Shown here: positions 23,026 through 35,340 of the stretch, in pieces
Layout of the letters: every line of letters begins with the position of its first letter
How positions within the stretch are numbered: the stretch's first letter is position 1
Source: Octopus bimaculoides
Lineage: Eukaryota
Assembly: GCF_001194135.2 (NCBI RefSeq)
Contig: NC_068996.1
Span: 29,222,607-29,268,753, forward strand
Direction: 5' to 3'
DNA length: 46,147 nt
The notes under the pieces: model-generated
Told to the model about the DNA's origin: nothing
Database searches by the model: none
What the model saw: the letters and a program-made list of their open reading frames with translations, nothing else
Translations under genes and position numbers: made by a program

Positions 23026-24910
23026 GGAGAGAGAGAGGGAGGGAGAGAGAGAGAGAGAGAAAGAGAGGGAGAAAGAGAGAAAGAGAGGGAGAGAGAGAGG
23101 GAGGGAGAGAGAGAAAGAGAAAAAAACATACAGAACATAAAGAGAGCAATAAACACACAGAAGAGGAAAGGAGATAAACTCACAGAAGAAAGAGAGAGAG
23201 AAAAACATGCAGAAGAGAGAGAGGGAGACACATGTAGAAGAGAGAAAGAGAGTGAGACACAAGCAGAAAAGAGTGAGAGAGTGAGACACAGACAAAAGAG
23301 AGAGAGAGATAGAGCAAGACATGGACAGAAGAGAGAGAGCACAAGACACACACAAAAGAGAGAGTGAGACACAGAAGAGAGAGAGAGAGTGAGACACATG
23401 AGAAGAGAGAGAGAATGAGTGAGACACACGAGAAGAGAGGGAGACACATGAGAAGAGGGAGACACATGAGAAGAGAGAGAGGGAGACACAGAAGAGAGAG
23501 AGTGAGACACAGAAGAGAGAGAGTGAGACACAGAAGAGAGAGAGTGAGACACAGAAGAGAGAGAGTGAGACACATGAGAAGAGAGAGAGTGAGTGAGACA
23601 CACGAGAAGAGAGGGAGACACGCGAGAAGAGAGAGAGGGAGACACAGAAGAGAGAGAGTGAGACACAGAAGAGAGACAGAGTGAGTGAGACACACGAGAA
23701 GAGAGGGAGACACACGAGAAGAGAGAGTGGGAGACACAGAAGAGAGAGAGGGAGACACAGAAGAGAGAGAGTGAAACAGAAGAGAGAGAGAGTGAGACAC
23801 AGAAGAGAGAGAGTGAGACACAGAAGAGAGAGAGTGAGACACAGAAGAGAGAGAGTGAGACACATGAGAAGAGAGAGAGTGAGTGAGACACCCGAGAAGA
23901 GAGGGAGACACACGAGAAGAGAGAGAGAGGGAGACACAGAAGAGAGAGAGTGAGACACAGAAGAGAGAGAGTGAGACACAGAAGAGAGAGAGTGAGACAC
24001 AGAAGAGAAAGAGTGAGACACAGAAGAGAGAGAGTGAGACACACGAGAAGAGAAGGAGACACACGAGAAGAGGGAGACACACGAGAAGAGGGAGACACAC
24101 GAGAAGAGAGAGAGGGAGACACAGAAGAGAGAGAGTGAGACACAGAAGAGAGAGAGTGAGACACAGAAGAGAGAGAGTGAAACACATGAGAAGAGAGAGA
24201 GTGAGTGAGACACACGAGAAGAGAGGGAGACACACGAGAAGAGAGGGAGACACACGAGAAGAGAGGGAGACACACGAGAAGAGAGGGAGACACACGAGAA
24301 GAGAGAGAGGGAGACAGAGAAGAGAGAGAGTGAGACACAGAAGAGAGAGAGTGAGACACAGAAGAGAGAGAGTGAGACACAGAAGAGAGAGAGTGAGACA
24401 CAGAAGAGAGAGAGTGAGACACAGAAGAGAGAGAGTGAGACACAGAAGAGAGAGAGTGAGACACGGAAGAGAGAGAGTGAGACACAGAAGAGAGAGAGTG
24501 AGACACGGAAGAGAGAGAGTGAGACACAGAAGAGAGAGAGTGAGACACAGAACAGAGTGAGACACAGAAGAGAGAGAGTGAGACACAGAAGAGAGAGAGT
24601 GAGACACATGAGAAGAGAGGGAGACACATGAGAAGAGAGAGACAAAAACAGAAGAGAAAGAGACAAACACACAAAAAAGAGAGAGAGCGAGACGAACACA
24701 AAAAAATAGTGAGACAAACAAAAAAAATGAACGAGACAAATACAGAAAAAGACAGAGGCAGACACAGGAGAGAGGGAATGCGAGGCAGACACAGGAGAGA
24801 GAGAACGAGAGGCAGACACAGGAGAGAGAGAACGTGAGAGACACAGAAGAGAGAGAACGTGAGACAGACACAGGAGAGAGAGAGAACGCGAGGCAGACAC
24901 AGTAGAGAGA
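22985..24910 (+). repeat. GA-rich minisatellite, 21-bp unit GAGTGAGACACAGAAGAGAGA with variant units; inverted relative to 22630-22975
   Basis: Translates as (RVRHRRE)n; starts with a (GA)n tract; source of the 584-766-aa artefactual ORFs. Confidence 0.95.
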
Positions 24911-25277
24911 AAACACAGTAACATTTATTGCCAATCTTGCATGGAAACATGTCCAGCCATGGAGAAATGTTATCTTGTTTGGAAACAGATGCAGGTTTGT
25001 AATAGGCCATAGAAAATTTACCTCAATGAATTTTGTCTGACCGATGCTAGCAAGAAAGGGTAGATATGAAAACTATGGTGTGTGTCTTTATCTATCTATC
25101 TATCTATCTTATACATACATAGACTAGCCGTGACACGTTGGGTCACCAGGAGAGAAAGTTTCCCCAGCAACCAAGTTTTGTTTCGTGGACTTTTTCTTTT
25201 CCAGGTTATTAAGCATGCTTTCAATGAATGTGACATTGAAATCACACGTAAACGGCTCCTTTCCTTAGAAAAGGAAA

Positions 25278-25390
25278 GATTTGGCTGCTATTTCTTGTAC
25301 GTCCTGCTACCACATAACAGCTATTTCAGATCCTTTATCACAAATAGCTGTTACGTCGTAGCAGGGCATGCTAGAAATAGCACTCAAATC
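25278..25390. repeat. 113-nt hairpin (49-nt arms, 15-nt loop)
   Basis: GATTTGGCTGCTATTTCT...CCTGCTAC...AACAGCTATTT pairs with AAATAGCTGTT...GTAGCAGG...AGAAATAGCACTCAAATC. Confidence 0.85.
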
Positions 25391-26132
25391 TTTGGAGGCA
25401 AGATACTTGACTGCACCCGAGAAAAACGTATGGAAAAATATTTCAATCCAAGGTTATGAATGGGTCTTTTATGAAATATTTGCCATATTTTTAAAATCAT
25501 TTTCACTTTAAAATATCTTTTAAATATCTCAAAAAATATTTTTGTAATGGCATTCACTTGAAAATAATTTAAAGAAACATTAAAATATTGTCTGTTTAAA
25601 GAAAGCTACTTTCTGTATTGTACAAATAACTGCACTTATTGTACAAACAGCTTACATTTTAGAAATCACATTCACTTTTAAATATTTCTAAATGATTAAA
25701 ATATTGTGTTTAGCAAAAGTGAAAATAGAAACATTTACTGTAAAAAACAAATCGTATTTTTTTTGTTGTCAAGTCACTGTGGTTAATTGAAAGGTAAGAG
25801 TTTCTTAACTTTCAGGGTTAAGTTATTTTCAGAATATTTTCCCATTATGCACTATTTTGGGTATTTTAATCCCAAAACCCCCTAATATCTCAACAACCAC
25901 AAGTGTGATTTACATGAAACTTATTTTATTCCGTTCATATTCACATCTCAGAGGATACTTAATTCATAGTATTTTCCCATTATGCACCAGTTTGGCTAGG
26001 TAACATTGCAAGCAAGCAAGATTCAAGATCATTTTTAATGTATTATAGATATATACATATCTGAAATAATATGGTTGGGAGGTGAATTTCTTAAACAAGT
26101 GAGCACTTAGGAAGAAGAAAAATAATAATTAC

Positions 26133-26266
26133 ACTGCTGAAGTTTCTTCTGTGCTGTCGACTACCTCTTCGTGATTTTGGCCTGACAGATATCTTGAACT
26201 TAGCAGCATCAGTATTCAAAGATGGAGTCTTTGCTACAGCTTCTAAATCAATTCCATAAACACTAT
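26133..26266 (-). CDS. CRACD: Internal exon carrying the DUF4592-like motif (SVYGIDLEAVAKTPSLNTDAAKFKISVRPKSRRGSRQHRRNFSS)
   Basis: Acceptor TTTGTTTTTCTTTTAG, donor AGT|GTAATT; LNTDAAKFKISVRPK resembles the LDxSAAxHKLSVKPK motif of CRACD/KIAA1211-family proteins (from memory, not searched). Confidence 0.85.
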
Positions 26267-26836
26267 CTAAAAGAAAAACAAACAAAAATACAAAGAAAAA
26301 ATTGAGTAAAAAAAAAGTTAGTGTTAAAATTTGAATATTTTAAATCCAGGAATGTCAGTAAAAATTATTTTAAAACAATTCATAAATATAGTGAAATCTC
26401 TATTTAATGGATTAATAGGGGAGAAGACATACCAATACTGAAAATCTATGAAGTTAAATGAAGCCTGAAAGGTCATTTTTGTTGTTTTTACAAGATATAC
26501 TACTGCACAATATAACATCATAATAAGGAACATGTAATTTTACTTAACTTTTTAACAGGGGAGTTGAAGAGTTATCATAGTCATAGCAATAGTTCAGTGG
26601 CCTTTATTCAGTATCTGAAGGTGCAGGTAAAGAAGAATCCTCAGCTTCACACTGCACAAATGGAGGCACTGGTGTTGTCTGTTTACTTGTAGATGATTAA
26701 GATGTACTGGCTGGTGAGGGTGAAATCAGAATGAAACAGTTGGGTGCAGCTGTTTGGACACTGATTAATTGGCACGCCCAACTAGACATTCAGCTTATTA
26801 GGTGACAGTACATTTTTGTACAAGAGGCAAAGACAT

Positions 26837-26837
<1 letters not shown>

Positions 26838-26871
<34 letters not shown>

Positions 26872-27045
26872 TACAGAAAGAGAAGGAGAGATATATACGT
26901 AGCTACTTACACACACAAACAGAGAGAGAGATTTTATTTATTGAACACAATTGAAACAACTGTCATAAACACTTTTATACACAGGAATTTGATCACAAAG
27001 AGAGAGAGAGAGACAGAGAGAAATAGAGGGAGAGAAGAAGAGAAA
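26838..27045. repeat. (CA)n and (GA)n microsatellites
   Basis: Direct reading of the sequence. Confidence 0.85.
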
Positions 27046-28699
27046 CATTACAATGTCTGCTGTCAAATATGTTAGCATCAAATCAGTGATGCTAAGTAGG
27101 TAGTGCCAAAATATCTCCTGCCCAATAGAAATAAAAGTTGAAGTTGTAGTTAGTGTCTAGCTCCAATCATTTGCCAGTGCTTTTTTTTTTATTGAACTGT
27201 ACTGTTGAAAATGTTCATAGTAAGAGACAATCACAAGGTCAGAAGTTGTTCCTAAGCAGTGCACAACAATCTTCATGAGATCCCTCATATCAATGCTGTT
27301 TTGTCCACAACTTTTTCATAAGTGAAGACTTGATAGCCAGGATCACTGTAATTCTTAAGCAACTTCATCACTTGTTTCCATTTCCCCAACATTTACAAAG
27401 GTACCCTAAAAGTAATTTGCCTTTAATCTTCCATGATCATTGGACAACATTCTTGTTTTCATCTTGCAAGCAATTGTAAAGTGCAGACAATGTGTATGGA
27501 TGTGTGTGTGTGTGTGTGTGTGTGCTCTGTCTCTTTCTCTTGACATCGGATGAAATGATTGTTACAGTGCCTATAACTACAGGTGCCTACAAAAACATGT
27601 GATCACTCACTCGTATACTTCTGGTACACTCCTCATACACTCACTTGTATCCTCTCACACACACACACACTGAATTTACACTCCAACTGTTAGTCTTCAG
27701 TGTGTGCAAAAATCATAAGCTGTGTAAATTTTTCCCTGCGACAAAAGTAGGTATACACTAAATGTATAATGATTATAATTATTACGTCATTATAGGTCAC
27801 AAACCTTTTGTCAACACCAGTTTTTTGTGTTGGGTGAAAAATGGGGGCCTGTCCAGTATAGAGGGGACAGTACTTTCTATCAAACAATCTTTCATGTTCA
27901 AAGTACTTTTTATTTCCTCCACCTCTTTTCTCTCCCCTCCAAAATAACTTCTCAATATTAAGCCAGTGAAGGGATGAGCTGGAAGTGCATGAAATAATAA
28001 CAAATCTCTTTCAAATGACTATCATACAGTAAAAGCAAAGTAAATATTGGGTAACTTACTCCTGGATAATTGTAGTATAGGAACATGAACAGAATGTCAT
28101 TGACCATAGATCTGATCAGGTGTCAACAACCACCACCACAAAGAGTGTATTTTCTTTTAGCACTCTTTCAATTTCATAACTGACACTTTTATGAACTCCT
28201 CTTGCCATTCTTCTCTCTCTCTCACACACAGTATTAAACAATCTTATACATGTACAGATTCTTTCTACCTTTTATCTCATCAGCCTTTTCTGTAGTATTT
28301 ATTTATTTATTTTTCTCTTTGCAATCATTACTTTTTCTTGCTTCTATTTTATATTTTATTTTATTTTCTCTGTTAATATTGTTCTATGAAATAGTTCTTG
28401 CCTCTCACCACACTCTCTTAAAAGTTAATATCTTCAGCTCACTATTTTATTCTTTTATTTGTTTCAGCCATGTGGCTGCAGTCATGCTGGAGTACCTACA
28501 GGAATTTTGATCTTAAGATTATTATTTATTAAGGTATTATTATTTTGCCCAGTGTATTGAATTCAAAATCCACTCCATTAGAGTTTATTAAAGTAAAGAT
28601 TTACTATATTTCTAAATTTTCAGAGATTATAGCCCATAAAAGAGTTATTTGAACATGCAAGATACACCCATGATTTTATAAAAAGATGGACACAATAGA

Positions 28700-28895
28700 T
28701 AATGTAGTCTGGACCTGTGCAGTGCCACATAAAAGCACCCAGCACACTCTGTATAGTGGTTGGCATTAGGAAGGGCATCCAGCAATAGAAACAATGCCAA
28801 ATCAGACTGGAGTATGGTGCAGCTCCCTGGCTTGCTAGTGCTGGTTAAACTGTCCAACCCATGCGAGCATGGACAATAGATGTTAAATGATAAGA
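28700..28895 (+). mobile_element. RTE 3'-terminal fragment
   Basis: GTGGTTGGCATTAGGAAGGGCATCCAGC...CAACCCATGCGAGCATGGAC...GTTAAATGAT, homologous to 10620-10745. Confidence 0.8.
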
Positions 28896-31000
28896 CAGGA
28901 TGACCATAGTGACTTTTGTCATCTAGAACATACTTCCATTAGACATGTTCATCAAAGGCAATAGCTGCATCCCATAGAAAAACTGTGGCAATTCAGTTTA
29001 CACCTGCTTGTACAAGCTCAAAAGATACCTGGCCACTGTCTTTTGTATGAAGAAACCTAGGGAATACTAGTATGTGTAGATTAAAATCAATTTTGGTACT
29101 TGAATGGTATTTTAGTTGGTCAAATTTGGAAAGATAAATGATAAAGTTGACTTCAATGAGGTTTGAACTTAGAACATAAATGACCAGAAGTAAAAACAAA
29201 AGTAATTTTGTCTTACACTAACAGTTCTTCCAATCCACTGCCTCTATGGTCACAACCAGAATGTCATTTATTTTTAATCTTATCTATAAAAGGCAGATTT
29301 TTCTCTGTGTGTGTGTGTGTATGTTGAAAATTCATACATTTACACAATTCCAAATTTCTTGAATGAAAGAATCGGAATTAATATTCTAAATACCATAACT
29401 TAGGTCACAGCGTCATTTTTTCTGTCAAAATAACACACAATTATGAATAAAATCCATTAAACTACACAAAATAACATTTTTCCCCTAATAGAATCTAATT
29501 TCCTCTTTCTACTACCTTTACAAATCCTTTTAACTTCTACTTTCTCTTCTGAACCTTTACAAACGATCCTTCGTACAAATTTTTACATCAATGCAATTTT
29601 CTTAATGTGAACTTTCCAGTGCAGTAATTAGATTTTTAAAATTTCATTTACTTTGTGTGATTTAAGGGAGATTTGGCTGTTGTTTCTAGCAACTTTTATA
29701 TTTCTTCCCTTCTACCTGTACCGGAGTTCTTACACATTGGTCACGCGCTCAACATATAATATAGAGGGTAAGAGTAAAAGAGGGAGTGAGAGAGAGAGAG
29801 AAAGTGATACATACAGAGTCATAGATTAACTTGCTTTAAGACTATTCTTTCCTTCTACCTTTTCACTCTTACTTCGTTCTTCTTCCTCTCTCCCATTTAA
29901 TAGCTTTCTTCTACCCTTCTACCTCTAACCTATTTTTCATAACATAGAAACGTAAAAACACACACAACCACACATATGTGATCTGTGACAACAACATACA
30001 CAGAAACACATACACAGATAAACATTATAGATATAAGATTTAGTTTCTGTGTGTTTCTTATATAAACACGCACACGCATTGCTATAACTGCTATAACTGT
30101 CTTCCGTTCTCCCTTCCTCTCTCTTCATTGCTCCCGTTCTCTATTCCTTTCTCTCCCTCTCTCTCTCTCTTTTCCTCTCTCCCTATTTTCTCTCGCTCTC
30201 TCTCAAACGCATACATGCGCACGTACACACAAGCATTCACTACAATATAACTCATGTTCATCAATGTTTTGTAAATATACAAACTACGGAGCTTATGGAC
30301 AACACATTGCAAATCAATGAACTTCATTACAAAGAAGAGAGCTTGCTGGGGAAAGAAAGCAACCGGTTTAAAAAGACAGCAACAGACTGCAGTAATTCAT
30401 CACATTCCAGAAGCTACTTTGAATATAATGCAAAATGGTGCATCAACATCTACTGCCCAATCTGATAGAATTCTGGCAAAACTGTGTAGCAACAGATCAC
30501 CAGCAATTGCTTCATCAGAAATTGCCGTCCTACCTCCTGCGAAAAGGGATTACTCTGCTATGTATATTCAGGGCAGCACAAAAAGTTGTTTTGCACAAGT
30601 ATTTGTATAGCCAATTAGACGGATGAAATTTACATACATTTAATAATGTTACGCAAAACAACCTTCACACTTTCCCCATTAATTTCATCATCTTTTGAAT
30701 TATGAACATATTTACATCATAGGGGTTTTTTCGTTGTAAGGCTTTCTTTTTTAGTTGATTTTCACCTAGCAAGACTTATCGTAGATGGCGTAATAAGTCA
30801 CACCCAGACAACATCGGGTTATACTGCTAGTCTATTTATAAGACTACTAGATCAAGGCTGACCTGATACTAAATTGCAACTGAAATTTTTTTCAATCAAT
30901 AATATCCTTTCAGGTAAAGAAACACCCCCACCCAAAAAAACTGTCACTGTGCTGAAAAACAATATAAATCCTCACAGAAAAGTATGAAGAAAAGACAAAC

Positions 31001-31067
31001 CAGGGTTTTCTTGCTTGTCGCCATAACTGCATATACTGCTATTCAAGTCTTTTGCAGGTATTGAAAA
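31001..31067 (-). CDS. Candidate internal exon (FSIPAKDLNSSICSYGDKQENP)
   Basis: Acceptor TTTTCTTTTACTTACTTCCAG; 67 nt, phase 0 to 1, which the model needs between 35466 and 26266; donor G|GTTTGT is weak. Confidence 0.45.
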
Positions 31068-31269
31068 CTGGAAGTAAGTAAAAAGAAAATGTTGCTCTTA
31101 CTGTTGTTAACATTGAAAATGCTAGATACATTTCAATAGATTGTAATTTTCATTTTTAGAATTCCATTTAATTTTCTTCAGAGTAATGTGACCATATGTG
31201 AGTAAATATGCACATGCATGCAAGTGTGAGTGTAATTTTGTGTATATATATTCTTCGTTAGTATTTTAG

Positions 31270-31800
31270 ATCTGTTTATCCCTCTTTTCATGAGCTGAAG
31301 AGGTCTTTCTCATCTCCTTCATGAGGTTTAGCCTCTTGAAATCAGCCATTATGACTTTTTTCTGCATCATTTTTGGTCTTCCTTTTTTTTTGCAAGATTC
31401 TCCAGATGTATCATGCCTATACCAGCTCAGTCTTCTTGCTTGCACACTAAATCTAGTTCATCTTACAACTTCATTTTTAAAGCTCATTTGTGCTTCATCA
31501 TTCATGTACACTAACATTATATCCAGAGAAACATACTTGCTTCATTTCTTTCCACTTACTCCACATCTACTGATGATCTTTTACTAGCAGGCAATATCAC
31601 AAATTGTATCATACAATCTATCCTTCACTCAGAGAGAGAATACTTTAGTTGCCTTGTCAGTAGATGTAATAATTCCTGAACTTCTTTTGATCTGCTTATT
31701 CTCTAACTTATGTGCTTTCAGAATATATACATTTCCGCAATTGATTATGTCACCTAGGTAATAAGAGCTATCTAGAAGACTTCTTAGTATTTGAAAGAAT
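31270..31800 (-). mobile_element. Highly decayed RTE LINE 3' coding fragment
   Basis: YYLGDII, ARRLSWYRH and GRPKMMQKKVIMADFKRLNL parallel the RTE YLGD, RRLxWFGH and GRPRKTW motifs seen in the other copies. Confidence 0.65.
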
Positions 31801-32469
31801 TTACTCCATGGGTGCACTTTACTGTTAATTACTCCTGTGTTTTGCTATATATAAAATACATTTTTCTGTCAAATCTGCTTGTGATCTCAGTATATCACTT
31901 ATGTTTGTGTGTGTGCACAAGTGCATTTACTTTCTGCATGTCTTTACATGACACCATTTGAACAAAATGTTAATATGTTTACATCTCTTGTAAACATATT
32001 CTGTAGCTCTGTGATTTTAACTTGAAGACTAGTGAAATACTAAGGGTTGGTGACAAAAGAAGGATCCATCTGTAAAATGCTACTTCAATGAGTCTTTATC
32101 TAACCCATGCTAGTATGGGAAAGCAGATGTATAACAATGGTAATATATCCTATAAATGCATATGCATTTATGGAAAACAGACATTAAATGATAATCATAT
32201 AAACTCAAATAATGCAATAAAAGCTGTTCGATAATGTAACCATTATAAATAACACATATTTAGCATGAGTTGTTTAAATGCCAGGAGCTGCAGTTTATCA
32301 TTTGAAAAAAGATTCCTTTAAAGATGTATTATGCAGAAAAACACAATGTGCTTCAGAGCTAGGCAAAATGAAATTGTCCCAGAGCAGCAAATACAATTTT
32401 TTGAAGTTTTTGCAGTACCATGTACTTGCATCACTTCCAAAATTGAAAATTCTAGTCTGAAGTATAAAC

Positions 32470-33600
32470 TATCTAAAGAATAAGCTCTACAGATCAGAGA
32501 TTTTATGGGAGTTCCTGGCCTTTCTACTACTTTAATCCAAATTTACCTATCTAATGCTTTTCTAAAAAGATATGCTAGTTCACCACCAGCAGTAGCATCA
32601 ATAAACATGACACTCTGGTATTTTTTGCTGTCATACTATGAGTTGGCCTTATCTTTTTCTTGGTCCTTTCCAAGCTGTTCCAGGATTTATTCCTTTGTAG
32701 CAGGCAGATCCCATTTGCATCATTCTCTATGATGGTTTTGTACTTTGCCCTGGCTCCTTTGTACACTCTAATCCTGTCCCTTTGGTTGTAGCCAGAGAAC
32801 TGCATGCAGTGGATGAAATGTTGTATGCATCTTTCTAATTCTATAGCGTCACACATTTAGGACATTCCTCATCACTTTCACCAAGTCCACAATTAGGATA
32901 TTGAACTTGGCATTGCCTGCAATGGCTACGTTCTTGCGGACCAGATATTTAGAGGCTATGAGTTTGGCATAGTGGAAATGAAGGATCTTACTATTCTTAG
33001 TTTCCAACCAGAGTTCCATATCTATTATTGGTAGCCTATAGTTAAGGTGCTTGCCAGGTTAGTCTGTTGTTACTTTAATACTCTATTGGATGAAGCTAGC
33101 TATTTGTTGGATGCTCTCTATAGTGCTAGCTTTTTGTTTATTGACACTGTCTTGTTGGGGTACTTTGGTCACTATGTTGATATCATCCACATAGTGGGAG
33201 TAAATGGTTAGTATTATGGAGCTCTCTGCTAATTTCTCTTTGAGTCTCCTATCCCACCATACCATAAATAGGTTAGCCACATTGCCAGGAATACTGATGG
33301 CTGCACCTTCTCCTTGGGTATATATCTTATTAAACTTGAATATGTGGCCCTAAAGTGTGACACTGGGACTCACACCCACAATGTGTGACCATTTTTCTAA
33401 CCTGATTGTAGTTTTGGGGGGTCTGTATAGTTCTGGTTCACCCATTCCATCTCTAAGGGTCTTCTTTGCTATTGAGGTTATAGTAGGTGGTCTACCTCTA
33501 GTGGGGCAGAAACAACTAAGCTCATGTTCATCTAAGTACTCCTTCTTATATGTAGCATAGGGGAGTGGAATAGGTGAACACTGGTGGAAGCTCAAGGAGG
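32470..33600 (-). mobile_element. Penelope-like element RT fragment
   Basis: VANLFMVWWDRRL...YSHYVDDINI (RT catalytic YVDD); IQHFIHCMQFSGYNQRDR thumb-like segment; disrupted frames. Confidence 0.75.
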
Positions 33601-34938
33601 AGAAAAGCTCATCAGTGCTCTACTAACATGTTCAATTAGAACATAGAGGTTTGGTTGATAACATACAACTTAAGATATTATTAGCACATAGAACAGACAC
33701 AACACTTAGATTATGGAGGCAACACACATAGTAATAGACAGATTGCGGAAACATGAATGGAACGATATCTCCCACCACCACACCATGCAACATAATGACT
33801 AAAGACAAAAGGAAAAAAAACAAAACAAATATAAACAGTATAATACATAAAGCCATGCATGCACATACAAAAGACATGTACATACTTATGATGAAATATA
33901 AGAAACAGATAAATAAGTAAATAAATGAAAAAAAAAACTACATAAAGGGCACGGATACAAACAGTAAGCAAACTCATATACACACACTAAAACCACACAT
34001 ACACAAAACACAGATATGTGTACACACACAGATATAGATAAAGATTACACATCATAGAGAGACAGAATGGACTAAACAGAACAGGAGGAAAATGTGGACG
34101 GAAGAGTCGCTGAAGAAGTCACAGATGTGTGATGAAAGATTTCCAGACAATGGACATAAGATAAAATTAGAATGATAATAATTGAGTGGAGAACAAATAT
34201 ATAATGTGTGTTTATTTAGCAAGAAAAAAAATGACCGTCCTAAAAATATAACACTATTTGTTTCAACACATGATTCTACATCAGGAATCTTGCAAAACAA
34301 ATTCATGTATGTATGTATGTATGTATGTATGTACTACTACGTATCTCGCTTTACCCCTCTCGTTCTTCCTCTGTTACTACTACGTATCTCTTTTTCCCCC
34401 TCGTATTTCCTCTTGTTGCTCACCTATTCTTCTACTTCCTCCCTCTGTTTCTCCCTCTACCACTCTCTCTCTTCCCTTTACACCGGCATGGTCACATGCT
34501 TCCGGTCAATAATCCTTTCCTTCCTTGGCTTTCGCCAAGCAACGCACGCACCACTTTGTCCCTCTCTGGTCCGTGCCTCATCGCGTTCATACACACATAA
34601 TTTTTCTCGTCTGGCCGTAAAGCCTTTTCTGTTTGTTATCCTGTCTTGTATTTTGTCCGCCACTACATTCCTCCATGGCTAGATTTAATTTGCATATACA
34701 AATTTAATCTGCGATCCATGGGACGAGCCGTTTTAGCGATGCGTCCTGCCCAAGCTCGTCGAAACGCCGGTGTTAAAACGTGGGTGGCTGATGAAGGAGA
34801 ATGTTCTCTATGTGGCTCGTGTGTTCTCGTCTACGTTTGTTTGCAATGTCCTGTACCCAGATATGCACCTATACATACAGGTGGATGTCGGTATGCACAT
34901 ACCTGTACGTATATATGCATATACTCATTTACTATTTG

Positions 34939-34973
<35 letters not shown>

Positions 34974-35141
34974 AGTGTAAACAAAGTTAGCGGTTATAAT
35001 AACTGACTAAGGGATAAAATATCTATATATACTATTGGTATCCGTTACCTGTATTATCCCCGAGTATTGGTGTGGAGGCACACCATGCATGTAGAGTACA
35101 GGTAACAACAGGATAAACAAGAGTTTATCAAGAACCAATGC

Positions 35142-35340
35142 AAATAATTAGAAAATGGAGAAAACCACAGATTAACAAACACATCGATTGGACCACATTT
35201 ATACCTTATTTCTTCATACAGATCATGACATAACATGTTACATCACCTATTTTGTTATGTCAATCTGTGTATTAAAAAATAAGCTATAAATGTGGTCTAA
35301 TTGATGTGTTTGTTAATCTGTGGTTTTCTCCATTTTCTAA

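Noticed and set aside
22596-25010. Very long ORFs (584, 686, 766 aa and (RVRHRRE)n frames)
   Set aside because: They are translations of a GA/CT minisatellite whose units lack stop codons; there is no splice or compositional support.
26540-26770. Exon-like S/T/P-rich stretch on the minus strand (SKQTTPVPPFVQCEAEDSSLPAPSDTE)
   Set aside because: All three frames contain stops and no acceptor/donor pair gives a compatible open exon; it could be UTR but is unsupported.
27181-27410. Minus-strand segment ending AATAAA(A)n, suggesting a processed pseudogene
   Set aside because: No recognisable parent protein and no TSD found.
30317-30610. 97-aa plus-strand ORF
   Set aside because: No recognisable motif, antisense to the host gene, and within chance length.
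33560-33630. CTGATGAG plus a short stem on the minus strand at the PLE edge, suggesting a hammerhead
   Set aside because: The required GAAA core and helix III are absent.
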